A stretch of 64,000 bases of DNA from Bacteroidaceae bacterium (GTDB lineage Bacteria; Actinomycetota; Coriobacteriia; Coriobacteriales; Eggerthellaceae): the NCBI GenBank assembly GCA_963631715.1, contig CAVGRL010000006.1, positions 6,794 through 70,793 of the forward strand. Reading direction: 5' to 3'. Shown here piece after piece: positions 1 to 8,668 of this stretch. Position 1 is the first letter of the stretch, and each line of letters opens with the position of its first letter. Made by a program: the position numbers and the translations under genes. The notes under the pieces were generated by a model. That model searched no databases. It had not been told where the DNA came from and saw only the letters and a program-made list of their open reading frames with translations.

Positions 1-238
1 ATGGCGGGTTGTTCTCGCGTCTAAGCGACACAATCCAAAAGAAATGGCATACAAGGCAGCGCTCCTGCCTGACCTTCGTAGCGGCTTTGTGCCGCTCGGC
101 ATTTGCGACGTCCGATTCGCTTGCGCATTCGCGCGCCCAATCGGAAAAGGCCTTCAACAAGGCTTCGAAACGCATAATGCCGCGTGCGACCTCGCATTCA
201 TTCGCATCGCATAAAGCACCCGAAAAAAGGAGCACGCC

Positions 239-2344
239 ATTACTACGTTCGCCGAACTCGGCCTTTCCGAGAACACCCTGGAAGCCGTCGATACGCTGGG
301 ATACACCGACGCAACCCCCATCCAGGAACAGGCAATTCCCTTGGTTTTGCAAGGCCGCGACCTTATTGCCGCGGCAAAAACCGGCACCGGCAAAACCGCA
401 GCGTTCTCGCTGCCTTCCATGGACCAGCTGCCCCATCGCGAGGGCAACGACCGCGGTCCTTTCATGCTGATCGTCACCCCCACGCGCGAATTGGCGAGTC
501 AGATTGCCGACACCTGCATGCCCATCGGCAAGCATACGCACCATTTCGTGGGCACCTTCGTGGGCGGCGTTGCCTACGGGCCGCAAATCAAGAAGCTTGA
601 GCGCGGGCTCGATGTGGCCATCACCACCCCCGGCCGCATGATCGACCTTATGGAGCGCGGCGCCGCCAACCTCTCCCAGGTGCAAGTGCTCGTGCTCGAC
701 GAGGCCGATCGCATGCTCGACATGGGCTTTTGGCCGCAAGTGCAGCGCATCGTCGAATCCACGCCCGAAGACCGCCAAACGCTGCTGTTCAGCGCGACCA
801 TCGACCGCAGCCAAGACAAAACCATGTTCAGCATCCTGAACGACCCGGCTATTGTGGAAATCGCGCACCGCGGCGAAACCGCCGATAAGGTCGACCAATA
901 CGTGATCAAAACCACGCGTCGCCAGAAGCCCGAATTGTTGAATTCGTTCATCAAAGAAAAGGGCGGCTATCGCGTTATCGTCTTCACCCGAACCAAGGGC
1001 GGCGCCGATAATTGCTGCAAACGCCTGCGCCGCATCGGCATTCCGGCCGAGGCGATTCATGCCGACCGCAGCCAGGCGCAGCGCAGCCGTGCGCTGAACA
1101 ACTTCCGCGAAGGCAAAACCCACGTGCTCGTGGCCACCGACGTGCTTGCACGCGGCATCGATGTACCCGAAGTCGACTACGTGGTGAACTACGATTTGCC
1201 CATGCTTCCCGAAGATTACGTCCACCGCATCGGACGCACGGGCCGCGCGGGCGCCGACGGCTTCGCCGTTTCGTTCGTCACTCCCGACACGCGCAATTTG
1301 CTGCGCAGCGTTCAGAAATTCACCGGCCAAGACATCCCCGAGATGAATTTCGAGATTTCGGAAGACGCCTTTGCGCCCATCGAAGGCGCTGATGAGCGCG
1401 TACTCGCCGATGACGACTCCTATTTCTTCGAGGAGAAGAAGGGCAAAGGCAAGCGCGGGGGCAAAAGCCATGGCGAAGGCAAATTCGACCGCGGCCGCGG
1501 CAAAGGCGGAAAGAAGGGAGCTCGCAAACGCGACATCGAGCGTTCTGCCGAGCACAAACGCAAGCTCGAAGCCGAAGCCAATGGCGAGGAATACATTCCC
1601 GCAAACCCGCACCATAACAACGGCGACCAGAAAAAGCGCAGCCTGAGCGAGCGCCAGGCCGCAGCGGATGCCGCCTATGCAGCCCTGTTCGATTCGCCGA
1701 ACGTTGAAGGCGGAAAGAAGAAATCCAAGAAGCGCAGCGGCGACGAGGGCGGCTATTCCTACGATTCGTTCTCGAAGAAGGGCGGGGCGAAAGGCAAGCC
1801 AGGCAAGCGCAGCCGCATGGCGAACCATGACGATCGCGACCTGGACGGCTTCCGCGAGAACCGCGGCGGCAACGGCCGCGTGCGCAAATACGACGACCGC
1901 GACAACCGCCGCAACGACGAGCGCGGCAACCGTGGCGGATGGGGCTCGCCCCGCAATGACGGCTACCAGCGCCGTGAGAGTTTCTTCGACGACGAGCAGG
2001 GTTCGAGCCACAATTCGCGCGGCAAGAAATACGCCGGCAAGCAGTATTCCGACGGCCGCGGCGGCAAACCGGGCAAGAAGAACTACGGCGGCCAAGGCGC
2101 AAGCAAGGGGCGCGGCGGCAACTTCGGCGGCAAGGGCTTCAGCGACCGCCCGAGCAATGGCGGCGGGCGCCCCGGCAATGGCGGCCATTCCGATGGCTTC
2201 CAGCGTTCCGGCAAAGGCGGGCAAAGCCGCAACAGCAACCGCGGAAACAATTTCGGCGGCCGCTCCAACGGCGGTGGCCGCAACTTCGGCGGCAACCGCA
2301 ACAGCAAGGGCGGCAATCGCCCCGGCCGCGGCGGCCGTCGCTAG
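239..2344 (+). CDS. DEAD-box ATP-dependent RNA helicase with a long Arg/Gly/Lys/Asn-rich C-terminal tail
   Basis: Track ORF 341..2344 has AKTGTGKT (motif I), VLDEAD (motif II), SAT and HRIGRTGRAG (motif VI). The frame is open back to TAA 212-214 and encodes the Q-motif region (TFAELGL...GYTDATPIQ) 5' of the listed TTG. No ATG/GTG/TTG lies in frame in 215-340. Start therefore placed at ATT 239, 6 nt after AAGGAG (227-232). The start codon is the uncertain part. Confidence 0.85.
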   Translation: MTTFAELGLSENTLEAVDTLGYTDATPIQEQAIPLVLQGRDLIAAAKTGTGKTAAFSLPSMDQLPHREGNDRGPFMLIVTPTRELASQIADTCMPIGKHTHHFVGTFVGGVAYGPQIKKLERGLDVAITTPGRMIDLMERGAANLSQVQVLVLDEADRMLDMGFWPQVQRIVESTPEDRQTLLFSATIDRSQDKTMFSILNDPAIVEIAHRGETADKVDQYVIKTTRRQKPELLNSFIKEKGGYRVIVFTRTKGGADNCCKRLRRIGIPAEAIHADRSQAQRSRALNNFREGKTHVLVATDVLARGIDVPEVDYVVNYDLPMLPEDYVHRIGRTGRAGADGFAVSFVTPDTRNLLRSVQKFTGQDIPEMNFEISEDAFAPIEGADERVLADDDSYFFEEKKGKGKRGGKSHGEGKFDRGRGKGGKKGARKRDIERSAEHKRKLEAEANGEEYIPANPHHNNGDQKKRSLSERQAAADAAYAALFDSPNVEGGKKKSKKRSGDEGGYSYDSFSKKGGAKGKPGKRSRMANHDDRDLDGFRENRGGNGRVRKYDDRDNRRNDERGNRGGWGSPRNDGYQRRESFFDDEQGSSHNSRGKKYAGKQYSDGRGGKPGKKNYGGQGASKGRGGNFGGKGFSDRPSNGGGRPGNGGHSDGFQRSGKGGQSRNSNRGNNFGGRSNGGGRNFGGNRNSKGGNRPGRGGRR

Positions 2345-2352
2345 CCGATAGC

Positions 2353-2392
2353 AAAATGGGTCAAAGGAATAACTCCTTTGACCCATTTTTTT
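2353..2392. terminator. Bidirectional intrinsic terminator between convergent genes
   Basis: ATGGGTCAAAGG (2356-2367) pairs perfectly with CCTTTGACCCAT (2375-2386) around a 7-nt loop. An A-run lies 5' and TTTTTT (2387-2392) lies 3'. Confidence 0.75.
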
Positions 2393-2505
2393 CGACCTCG
2401 CTACGCGCGGACCCGAGGCGTCCAGCTGCGAACATGCCATCGCCCAAGCGTCGATTCCTCGCGCCATTTGAGCCGAAGAAACAACCTCTTCGACCTAGCG
2501 CGTTC

Positions 2506-3456
2506 CTACATGATTTCGGGAACGATTTTAAACGCGATGGTGTATTGGTTGATGAGCGGCGCCGTATGCGTGAAGAATACGCGGCCGTTCACCGGCGACA
2601 CAAGCGCCTCTTTCGGCGTGGCGTCGAAGGAATCGAGCACCTCGCCCAAAACTTCGCCAGCCTCAACGCTGCGACCAGGCTCGACTTTGCTCATAAAGAA
2701 CCCGCCCGCGTGATGCGTTCTCACATTCACGAGGTTCTCTTCTTCGACATGGGTGGAAATAAACCCTCCCGGCACGCTGGGAAGAACAACGCCCAAATCG
2801 TGCAGGAATCGCACGATGCAATCGATGGCGAAAGCGGCCTCTCCCACATCGATGCAATCGGTCTTGCGCGTGAACAGCGAGAAGGCCAGGGTGTCCCACA
2901 CCTGCCAGTTATAGTTCAGGATCGTCGTATCGAACGAGCCGGGTTTTTTCGTCGACACATAGGGAAACCCGAAAGCATCGGCCATTTTCAGCGCCCGCTT
3001 GCTTATATCGCCAACTTCGGTGATGCGAACATGCGGAAGAAAATCACCCGGCAAATAATAGCTCGCCAGCTGAATGCCGCACGCATAATTCTTCACTTCG
3101 CGAAACAGTCCATCGGCGATGCGCTGCGTAGTTTCTCCAGCATCGTAGCCTGGAAACATGCGATTGATATCGGTGTTGTCAACCGCCCAAAAACGCTTGG
3201 CGATATTCATCGAAAACGCGTTGATGCTCGGGATTACAATCACACGCTTCCGGCTGTCGAGCATGCCGCGGCCCTCCATGGCCTGCAACCGGCGAATGAG
3301 CTCGGCGCAAATGAAGGTCTGCTGAACCTCGTTACCGCGCATCGAGCCCACGATTGCGCAGCATGCCTCCGCATCGGGCGAACCGAACTCCGCCGCTCGC
3401 AATTCAAGGGGCTCGCGATAGGGGGTTTCAAGAGTGAACAGGGATTTCTTTCTCAT
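2506..3456 (-). CDS. Succinylglutamate desuccinylase/aspartoacylase (AstE/AspA, M14-like) family protein with degenerate metal-ligand positions
   Basis: 316-aa ORF that aligns by eye with the upstream paralogue (AIVGSMRGNEVQQ vs AIVTGVHGDELEG; GIQLAS vs DIHAS). Its ATG overlaps the stop of the upstream gene by 4 nt. Confidence 0.7.
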   Translation of the reverse strand: MRKKSLFTLETPYREPLELRAAEFGSPDAEACCAIVGSMRGNEVQQTFICAELIRRLQAMEGRGMLDSRKRVIVIPSINAFSMNIAKRFWAVDNTDINRMFPGYDAGETTQRIADGLFREVKNYACGIQLASYYLPGDFLPHVRITEVGDISKRALKMADAFGFPYVSTKKPGSFDTTILNYNWQVWDTLAFSLFTRKTDCIDVGEAAFAIDCIVRFLHDLGVVLPSVPGGFISTHVEEENLVNVRTHHAGGFFMSKVEPGRSVEAGEVLGEVLDSFDATPKEALVSPVNGRVFFTHTAPLINQYTIAFKIVPEIM

Positions 3457-4382
3457 TGGACATCACCTAGGATTCGAGCGAGCAACGAACCCGGATACAC
3501 AATCGGATATTCGCGCAGCGTGAACAGCAGTCCATCGCGTTCGGCTCGCACCTCTTCGCGCACCTCGCCCGAAAGCGGATCGGCAATCACGCCGATGAGC
3601 TGTCCACGCTCGACCATCGAAGCATGTTCTGCCTTGGGAAGGAATACGCCGGCGGTATTGGCATTAAGGTAACCAACATCGCCGTCGCGCGACACGATAG
3701 GCTGCTCATCTGACACGAACTCCCCGTGCCAAATGCCCAAATGAGAAGCAAGTCGCAAAATGCCTTGCACAAGGCGTTCCCCGTAATCTTGCGTTATGCG
3801 CATGCCGACGCCCGTCTCGACCACCAAACAGGGCGTCCCGACCGAATTAAGGGAATAGGCAAGCGTGCTTTGCAATACCGTAGCCGATGCGTGCACCCAA
3901 ACGTAATCGACATTGAGCAACGGAGCGAGCGGCAAAAGCGTTTCGGCCGAAAGCTCGTTGATTCGCACTTGGGGCATCTCGCGCAGGAAAATGTTGCTCG
4001 CATGAATATCGACAGCCGCCGCAGCGCCACGAATGTCTTTGAATACGGCAGCGGCAAGGGTCTCGGTAAGAGCGCCCTGGGCATCGCCCGGAAACGTGCG
4101 ATTCAGATCGAGGTCGAATGTCGGCACGCTGCGCTGGATGGAATTGATGCCGAGCGGATTTATTGCCGGGTAAATATCGAATGACCCCGTGATTTTGTCG
4201 AGGTTCGCTTGCAAAAGCCGGCCGAGCTCGAACGCGACATATTGCCCCTCTAGCTCATCGCCATGCACGCCCGTGACGATAGCCATGCGGGGGCCGTCGC
4301 CAGCCGTGCCGCAAATGGTGTTCTTTTGTATGAGCAGATGCTCGCCAATAGGAAGCTCCGCCGAAAACACGGTCTGTATCAC
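3453..4382 (-). CDS. Succinylglutamate desuccinylase/aspartoacylase (AstE/AspA) family zinc deacylase
   Basis: 309-aa ORF with the family signature GVHGDELEG (HxxE) and a later DIHAS histidine. Lies in the operon downstream of the transglutaminase-like gene. Confidence 0.75.
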   Translation of the reverse strand: MIQTVFSAELPIGEHLLIQKNTICGTAGDGPRMAIVTGVHGDELEGQYVAFELGRLLQANLDKITGSFDIYPAINPLGINSIQRSVPTFDLDLNRTFPGDAQGALTETLAAAVFKDIRGAAAAVDIHASNIFLREMPQVRINELSAETLLPLAPLLNVDYVWVHASATVLQSTLAYSLNSVGTPCLVVETGVGMRITQDYGERLVQGILRLASHLGIWHGEFVSDEQPIVSRDGDVGYLNANTAGVFLPKAEHASMVERGQLIGVIADPLSGEVREEVRAERDGLLFTLREYPIVYPGSLLARILGDVQ

Positions 4383-4409
4383 ACCGAGAACCTTCTTCTA
4401 GCCAGCGAT

Positions 4410-5204
4410 TCACGACATTGCATCGTTGCCTGAAACGCTTACCGATACGCGTTGGTCTTGCCTTGCCCCGCCGCGGAAAACCCCCACTTCAATGGGGCAG
4501 TCGGAAAAATCGCGCCCATGGGAAAACGCTATATAGCCGTCGTTGACAAGGCAATCGTTCGTGGGGTCTATGCCCCGCCAGTATTCGCCATCATACACTT
4601 CAACCCACGCATGGGTCGCGCCTTCTCCAACCATAAGACCATTCACATAACGTGCCGCCACGCCTGCCGAACGGCATAACGCGATAAGCACATGGGCGAA
4701 ATCTTGGCACACGCCACGCTCCGCCGCAAATGCCTGCGCCGCAGTTGTGGAGACGTCGGTCGCGCCGGGAACGTATTCCATGCGATCGTGCAACGCCTTG
4801 GAAAGGCGGCACGCCTTCGCCATGGGGGACGCATTTCCCATCACGCGTAAAACATCGCTGGAAAATGAGCGAATGGCCTCGTCTGCGAATGCGCGCGGTG
4901 AATACTGCCCGAAAACGGGATGGGCGAGTTCACGCTTTCCAGCAGGGGTTTCATCGACCACGACAAGCCCGCTTGCAATGAAATCGAACTCTTCGTGCGG
5001 CTGTTCTATGCGCCCGATGCGCAACTCGTTGCCAAACCCGTCGCGCTGGGAGCTCACGTTGGCACTCGGGGCCAAAATCAGCTGCGACTCGAGCACCGTT
5101 TGCAAAGGAGTCGTGCGTGGAAGGCATCGGAGCACAAAATCGTGGCTTTCGACCGGTTCGCTGAAGCTCAGCGTGGTTTCAAAGGTGAAATTGAGTATCC
5201 TCAA
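4410..5204 (-). CDS. Transglutaminase-like cysteine protease/ligase domain protein
   Basis: 264 aa. Has the Cys-His-Asp triad context GVCQDFAHV ... THAWVEVY ... GIDPTND, preceded by an N-terminal domain typical of bacterial transglutaminase-like proteins. Confidence 0.85.
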   Translation of the reverse strand: MRILNFTFETTLSFSEPVESHDFVLRCLPRTTPLQTVLESQLILAPSANVSSQRDGFGNELRIGRIEQPHEEFDFIASGLVVVDETPAGKRELAHPVFGQYSPRAFADEAIRSFSSDVLRVMGNASPMAKACRLSKALHDRMEYVPGATDVSTTAAQAFAAERGVCQDFAHVLIALCRSAGVAARYVNGLMVGEGATHAWVEVYDGEYWRGIDPTNDCLVNDGYIAFSHGRDFSDCPIEVGVFRGGARQDQRVSVSVSGNDAMS

Positions 5205-5223
5205 AGCGACCTCTTTTCCGCCG

Positions 5224-5907
5224 CTAGAAGATGCGGGCTATGCATTCCAGCAGCTCACCAAGCTGCTCATAGGTCGCGTTCGCCTGAAAACCAGGGGCGA
5301 ACACGATATCGACCACACGCTTGAAGGCGGCCTTGTCGTAAGGAACGCCAATACGGTCGATGCGGCTCGCAAGACGATGGGTTTCTTGGCGAAGTTGCCC
5401 AAGGCGATACGAAAGGCGTGCATACAAGTCGAGGCGTTCGATGGAGATGCCGCATTTGATGATGTTTCGAGCGGCATCATCGGCCACGTAATCGTCGACG
5501 CTGCCCTTAAACGCCATGACGTCGTCGAGCATGCTTTGCAAATCAACGAGTGGGGCATCGGAATTGCGTGCCGCCTCGATGCTGTTTTGAGCCATCTGAA
5601 CATAGGCGATGCTCTCGGTTCCCAAAACGTCTCGCAGCGTTACCGCATTGCCATAGGCGGCATCCATCGAATGCGCCAAAGAGCTCGGATGATCCATGTC
5701 AAAAAGGCACGAACGGAAAAACTGGATGGGGTCGTCATTTTCTTGGTCGAACCCAAGTTCTTCCAACTGGCCTTTCCAATTGCCCTCAACCGAATCGAGG
5801 GCCGCATCGTAGGTCGACAGAATGAAATGAAGGGTGGTTTGGCTGCGCTCGACATAACGGCCAAGCCACAGCAGATGGTCCACCTTTTCTAGCGACAAAG
5901 AACCCAT
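5224..5907 (-). CDS. Alpha-E domain protein (DUF403-like)
   Basis: From ATG 5907 the protein begins MGSLSLEKVDHLLWLGRYVERSQTT, matching the alpha-E N-terminal W(L/M)GRY(V/L)ER signature. The 284-aa version in the track would overlap the upstream gene by about 190 nt. GGGAGGAGGG lies 11 nt upstream of 5907. Confidence 0.7.
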   Translation of the reverse strand: MGSLSLEKVDHLLWLGRYVERSQTTLHFILSTYDAALDSVEGNWKGQLEELGFDQENDDPIQFFRSCLFDMDHPSSLAHSMDAAYGNAVTLRDVLGTESIAYVQMAQNSIEAARNSDAPLVDLQSMLDDVMAFKGSVDDYVADDAARNIIKCGISIERLDLYARLSYRLGQLRQETHRLASRIDRIGVPYDKAAFKRVVDIVFAPGFQANATYEQLGELLECIARIF

Positions 5908-7208
5908 GTGTCTTTGAACCCTCCTCCCTGGGACGAATTCACCACGCTCGAACCGGCTTGGCGTGAATAGCGAGTAAGGCCGCTTGGCCACACGGTCGTC
6001 GTCTCGCCGGAAAGCACAAACGCGCGAAGATCGGCCTTGCGCGGCACCATTTCCCCGCCAATCCATGTGGGAAGGCATTTGAAGTCGATGACCTCCTGCG
6101 CAATGAAGCGCCGCGGCTCACGCCGAATAAGCGATTTGAGGCTCTCGAGCTTCTCGGAAGAAAGCTCGCTTCCGAAAACCACGCCATAGCCGCCGGCCTC
6201 GGCAACATCTTTGATCACGAGTTTGTCGGCATTTTCTTGCACGTAGGCCATATCGTCGTCGTAAAACGGCAGATATGTGGGGGCGTTTTTCAGAATGGGC
6301 TTTTCGCCCAGGTAATATTCGACCATCTTGGGAACGAAATAATAAATTCCCTTGTCATCGGCCGCCCCATTGCCGGGGGCATTCACGATGGCAACGTTGC
6401 CAGCGCGATAGGCCGCCATAAGGTTCGGCACGCCGATAAGGCTTTCCGGCAAAAAGCACAGCGGATCGAGATATTCATCGGACAAGCGTCGATACACGGC
6501 TCCAACACGGCGATTTGCGGCGGCATCGCGGAAGAAGAGCGTGTCATTTTCGACGAACAGCTCGCTTGGCTCAGCAAGAACCGCGCCCGCTTTCTCGGCG
6601 AGATACGAATGCTCGAAATAGGCGGCGTTATAGCGACCCGGCGTAAGAATCACATTGATTCCGCCGCGATTCACGTTGTCCATCACTGCCTTCAGGCGAG
6701 CGCCGTAATCGCGATTGTCCCGAATGGCAGACCCTCGAAACGTGCTCGCGTTGCAGCGGCGGCACAAATCGCGCGCAATAAGCGGATAGCTCGCCCCCGA
6801 GGGAATGCGCAGGTTATCCTCGAGCACGTACCACTCGCCGTCTTCGCCTTCCACCAAATCGATTCCCGAAATATGGCTATAGATTTTTCCCGGCGGCTTA
6901 ATGCCTTCGCACTGGGGCAAATATCCGCTGCTCGCAAAAGCGAAATCGCTCGGAACCACACCATCGGCGATGATCTGCTTTTCGCCATACAGATCGCACA
7001 AATACGCATTCAATGCATCGACGCGCTGGATGAGGCCGGCTTCGAGGCGCTCCCACGATTCGGCCGAAATAATACGCGGCACGGCATCGAAGGGAAACAG
7101 CCGCTCGTTGAACTGCCCGTCTTTATAAAGGCCGAATTTCACGCCATAGCGTGCGAGCTGCGCGTTTATTCGCGGCGTATGTTCGACGAGGTTGTCGTAA
7201 ATCTCCAT
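5889..7208 (-). CDS. Circularly permuted ATP-grasp (type 2) family amidoligase
   Basis: From ATG 7208 (SD GAAGGGGG upstream) the protein begins MEIYDNLVEHTPRINAQLARYGV... This is the usual partner of alpha-E plus transglutaminase genes. The longer 527-aa track ORF would run into the terminator of the upstream gene. Confidence 0.8.
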   Translation of the reverse strand: MEIYDNLVEHTPRINAQLARYGVKFGLYKDGQFNERLFPFDAVPRIISAESWERLEAGLIQRVDALNAYLCDLYGEKQIIADGVVPSDFAFASSGYLPQCEGIKPPGKIYSHISGIDLVEGEDGEWYVLEDNLRIPSGASYPLIARDLCRRCNASTFRGSAIRDNRDYGARLKAVMDNVNRGGINVILTPGRYNAAYFEHSYLAEKAGAVLAEPSELFVENDTLFFRDAAANRRVGAVYRRLSDEYLDPLCFLPESLIGVPNLMAAYRAGNVAIVNAPGNGAADDKGIYYFVPKMVEYYLGEKPILKNAPTYLPFYDDDMAYVQENADKLVIKDVAEAGGYGVVFGSELSSEKLESLKSLIRREPRRFIAQEVIDFKCLPTWIGGEMVPRKADLRAFVLSGETTTVWPSGLTRYSRQAGSSVVNSSQGGGFKDTWVLCR

Positions 7209-7308
7209 GGGCTGCCCCCTTCGCAATCGGCGCAATGGGCTCATTGTGGCAGCGGTCGATTTCAAGAAGATGAACGCCCCGTCACGGCAACGTGAACGAA
7301 CGCAAGGC

Positions 7309-7351
7309 AAAAAAGAATCGGGCCGAAGCGCCAAAGCCCCCAGCCCGATTC
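7309..7351 (-). terminator. Intrinsic terminator after the MetE-like gene
   Basis: On the minus strand, GAATCGGGC ... GCCCGATTC forms a 9-bp stem followed by TTTTTT (complement of A-run 7309-7314). It lies 24 nt after the stop at 7375. Confidence 0.6.
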
Positions 7352-7374
7352 GATTTACGCTTTTGACCGCTCGC

Positions 7375-8511
7375 CTATGCGCCCCATACCTCGACGGCAA
7401 TTTCTTGGATGAGCGCGATTTTCGCCCACTGCTCTTCCTCGGTAAGCTTGTTGCCAATTTCGCAGCTGGCAAAGCCGCACTGCGGCGAGAGGAACAAGTT
7501 CTCTAGAGGAACATAGCGCGAAGCCTCCTTGATGCGAGCCTTCACGGCCTCTTTGCTTTCAAGCCCAGGCTGTTTTGACGTGATAAGGCCCAATACCACC
7601 TTCTTGCCCTCGGCAACATACTTCAAAGGCTCAAAGCCGCCCGCGCGCGGCGTATCGAACTCCAGATAGAATGCGTCCACGTTCTCGTTCGCGAACAAAT
7701 ACGGTGCGATGGGGTCATAGCCGCCCTCGAACGCATACGTGGAATGGTAGTTGCCGCGACACACATGAGTATTGATTACAAGGTCTTCCGGAGCGCCTTC
7801 AATGGCCGCATTGTTCAACGCCACGCCGAGCTCGCTCACTTTTTGGATATCGACCGGCTGCATGCCCGTTTTCTCAACGAAATCGGTGTCGCAATAAATC
7901 CCCCACGTGCAATCGTCGAATTGGATGTTGCGGCATCCGGCGGCATACAGATCGGCAATCACCGTGCGATACGCCGCCGCAATCGCATCGACCAGCGCCT
8001 CGTCCGTCGAATATACCGCGCGCAGGCTTTCCTGCTGCCCATCGCAGCGATCAAGCGTGACCTCCGAGAACGTCTGAATCGGCGCCGGCATGGTTTGGCG
8101 GGCCACGCGATCATCGCCCGCGAGCGCGTTTACGAACTTGAAGTGTTCGACGAACGGGTGATTCTCGCCAGAAATAGCGCCTGTCACCACAGCGGTGTCG
8201 GCCGTGGTCTCTTCATCGTGGAACATATAGCCTTCACGGCTCGCGCGACGCTCGATGCCCTGCAGCCCCCACATGAAATCGAGATGCCAATAGCTGCGAC
8301 GGAATTCCCCATCGGTCACGACCTTCAAACCTGCAGCTTTTTGCTTTGCCACCAAATCGCGAATGGCAACATCTTCAACGGTTTTCAATTGCGCGGCGTC
8401 AATAACGCCGGCATTGAAGTCGGCACGCGCTTGTTTCAGCACGTCGGGGCGCAAAAAACTCCCCACAATATCGCAACGGAACGGTGCGGTGGTTTCGCAA
8501 GAAAGAGCCAT
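7375..8511 (-). CDS. Cobalamin-independent methionine synthase family protein (MetE C-terminal-domain-only, YxjG/YxjH-like)
   Basis: 378 aa. N-terminus FRCDIVGSFLRP, DGEFRR motif, and Zn-ligand contexts NTHVCRGN and SPQCGFAS typical of the MetE catalytic domain. Confidence 0.8.
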   Translation of the reverse strand: MALSCETTAPFRCDIVGSFLRPDVLKQARADFNAGVIDAAQLKTVEDVAIRDLVAKQKAAGLKVVTDGEFRRSYWHLDFMWGLQGIERRASREGYMFHDEETTADTAVVTGAISGENHPFVEHFKFVNALAGDDRVARQTMPAPIQTFSEVTLDRCDGQQESLRAVYSTDEALVDAIAAAYRTVIADLYAAGCRNIQFDDCTWGIYCDTDFVEKTGMQPVDIQKVSELGVALNNAAIEGAPEDLVINTHVCRGNYHSTYAFEGGYDPIAPYLFANENVDAFYLEFDTPRAGGFEPLKYVAEGKKVVLGLITSKQPGLESKEAVKARIKEASRYVPLENLFLSPQCGFASCEIGNKLTEEEQWAKIALIQEIAVEVWGA

Positions 8512-8597
8512 GGTATTACCCTCTGTTCGAATTGGTTATTTCATGTCGAACAGTATGGAGCTCATCACGGCGATTGCAAAATACCTGTTTCTTTTCA

Positions 8598-8624
8598 GTT
8601 GCAATAGGTTTTACCTATTGCAAC
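8598..8624. promoter_or_regulatory. Perfect 11-bp inverted repeat, a candidate LysR-type (T-N11-A) operator upstream of the MetE-like gene
   Basis: GTTGCAATAGG-TTTTA-CCTATTGCAAC. The core TAGGTTTTACCTA fits T-N11-A. It lies between the LysR stop (8669) and the MetE-like start (8511). There is no U-tract on the transcribed strand, so it is not a canonical terminator. Confidence 0.4.
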
Positions 8625-8668
8625 TAGCGACCGGGACACGTTCCTCAGAGGCAACCGTCCCAGCCGCG

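Noticed and set aside
1-238. ORFs 9..470 (plus), 154..483 (minus) and 184..600 (plus), plus an open minus-strand frame running off the left edge from ATG 102.
   Set aside because: They overlap the helicase 5' region or its start. Their translations are Arg/Pro/Ser-rich with no motifs or SD. The region is more simply the promoter and 5' UTR of the helicase gene.
2356-3672. 438-aa plus-strand ORF that starts inside the helicase terminator. Also 4747..5892 and 6237..7295 (plus).
   Set aside because: They are antisense to the AstE-like, transglutaminase/alpha-E and ATP-grasp genes. The first 'start codon' is part of the terminator stem.
5889-7472. The long versions of the ATP-grasp ORF (527 aa) and the alpha-E ORF (5224..6078, 284 aa) as listed.
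   Set aside because: The N-terminal extensions are Arg/Ser-rich. They overlap the upstream terminator or about 190 nt of the upstream gene. Family-typical N-termini begin at the internal ATGs 7208 and 5907.
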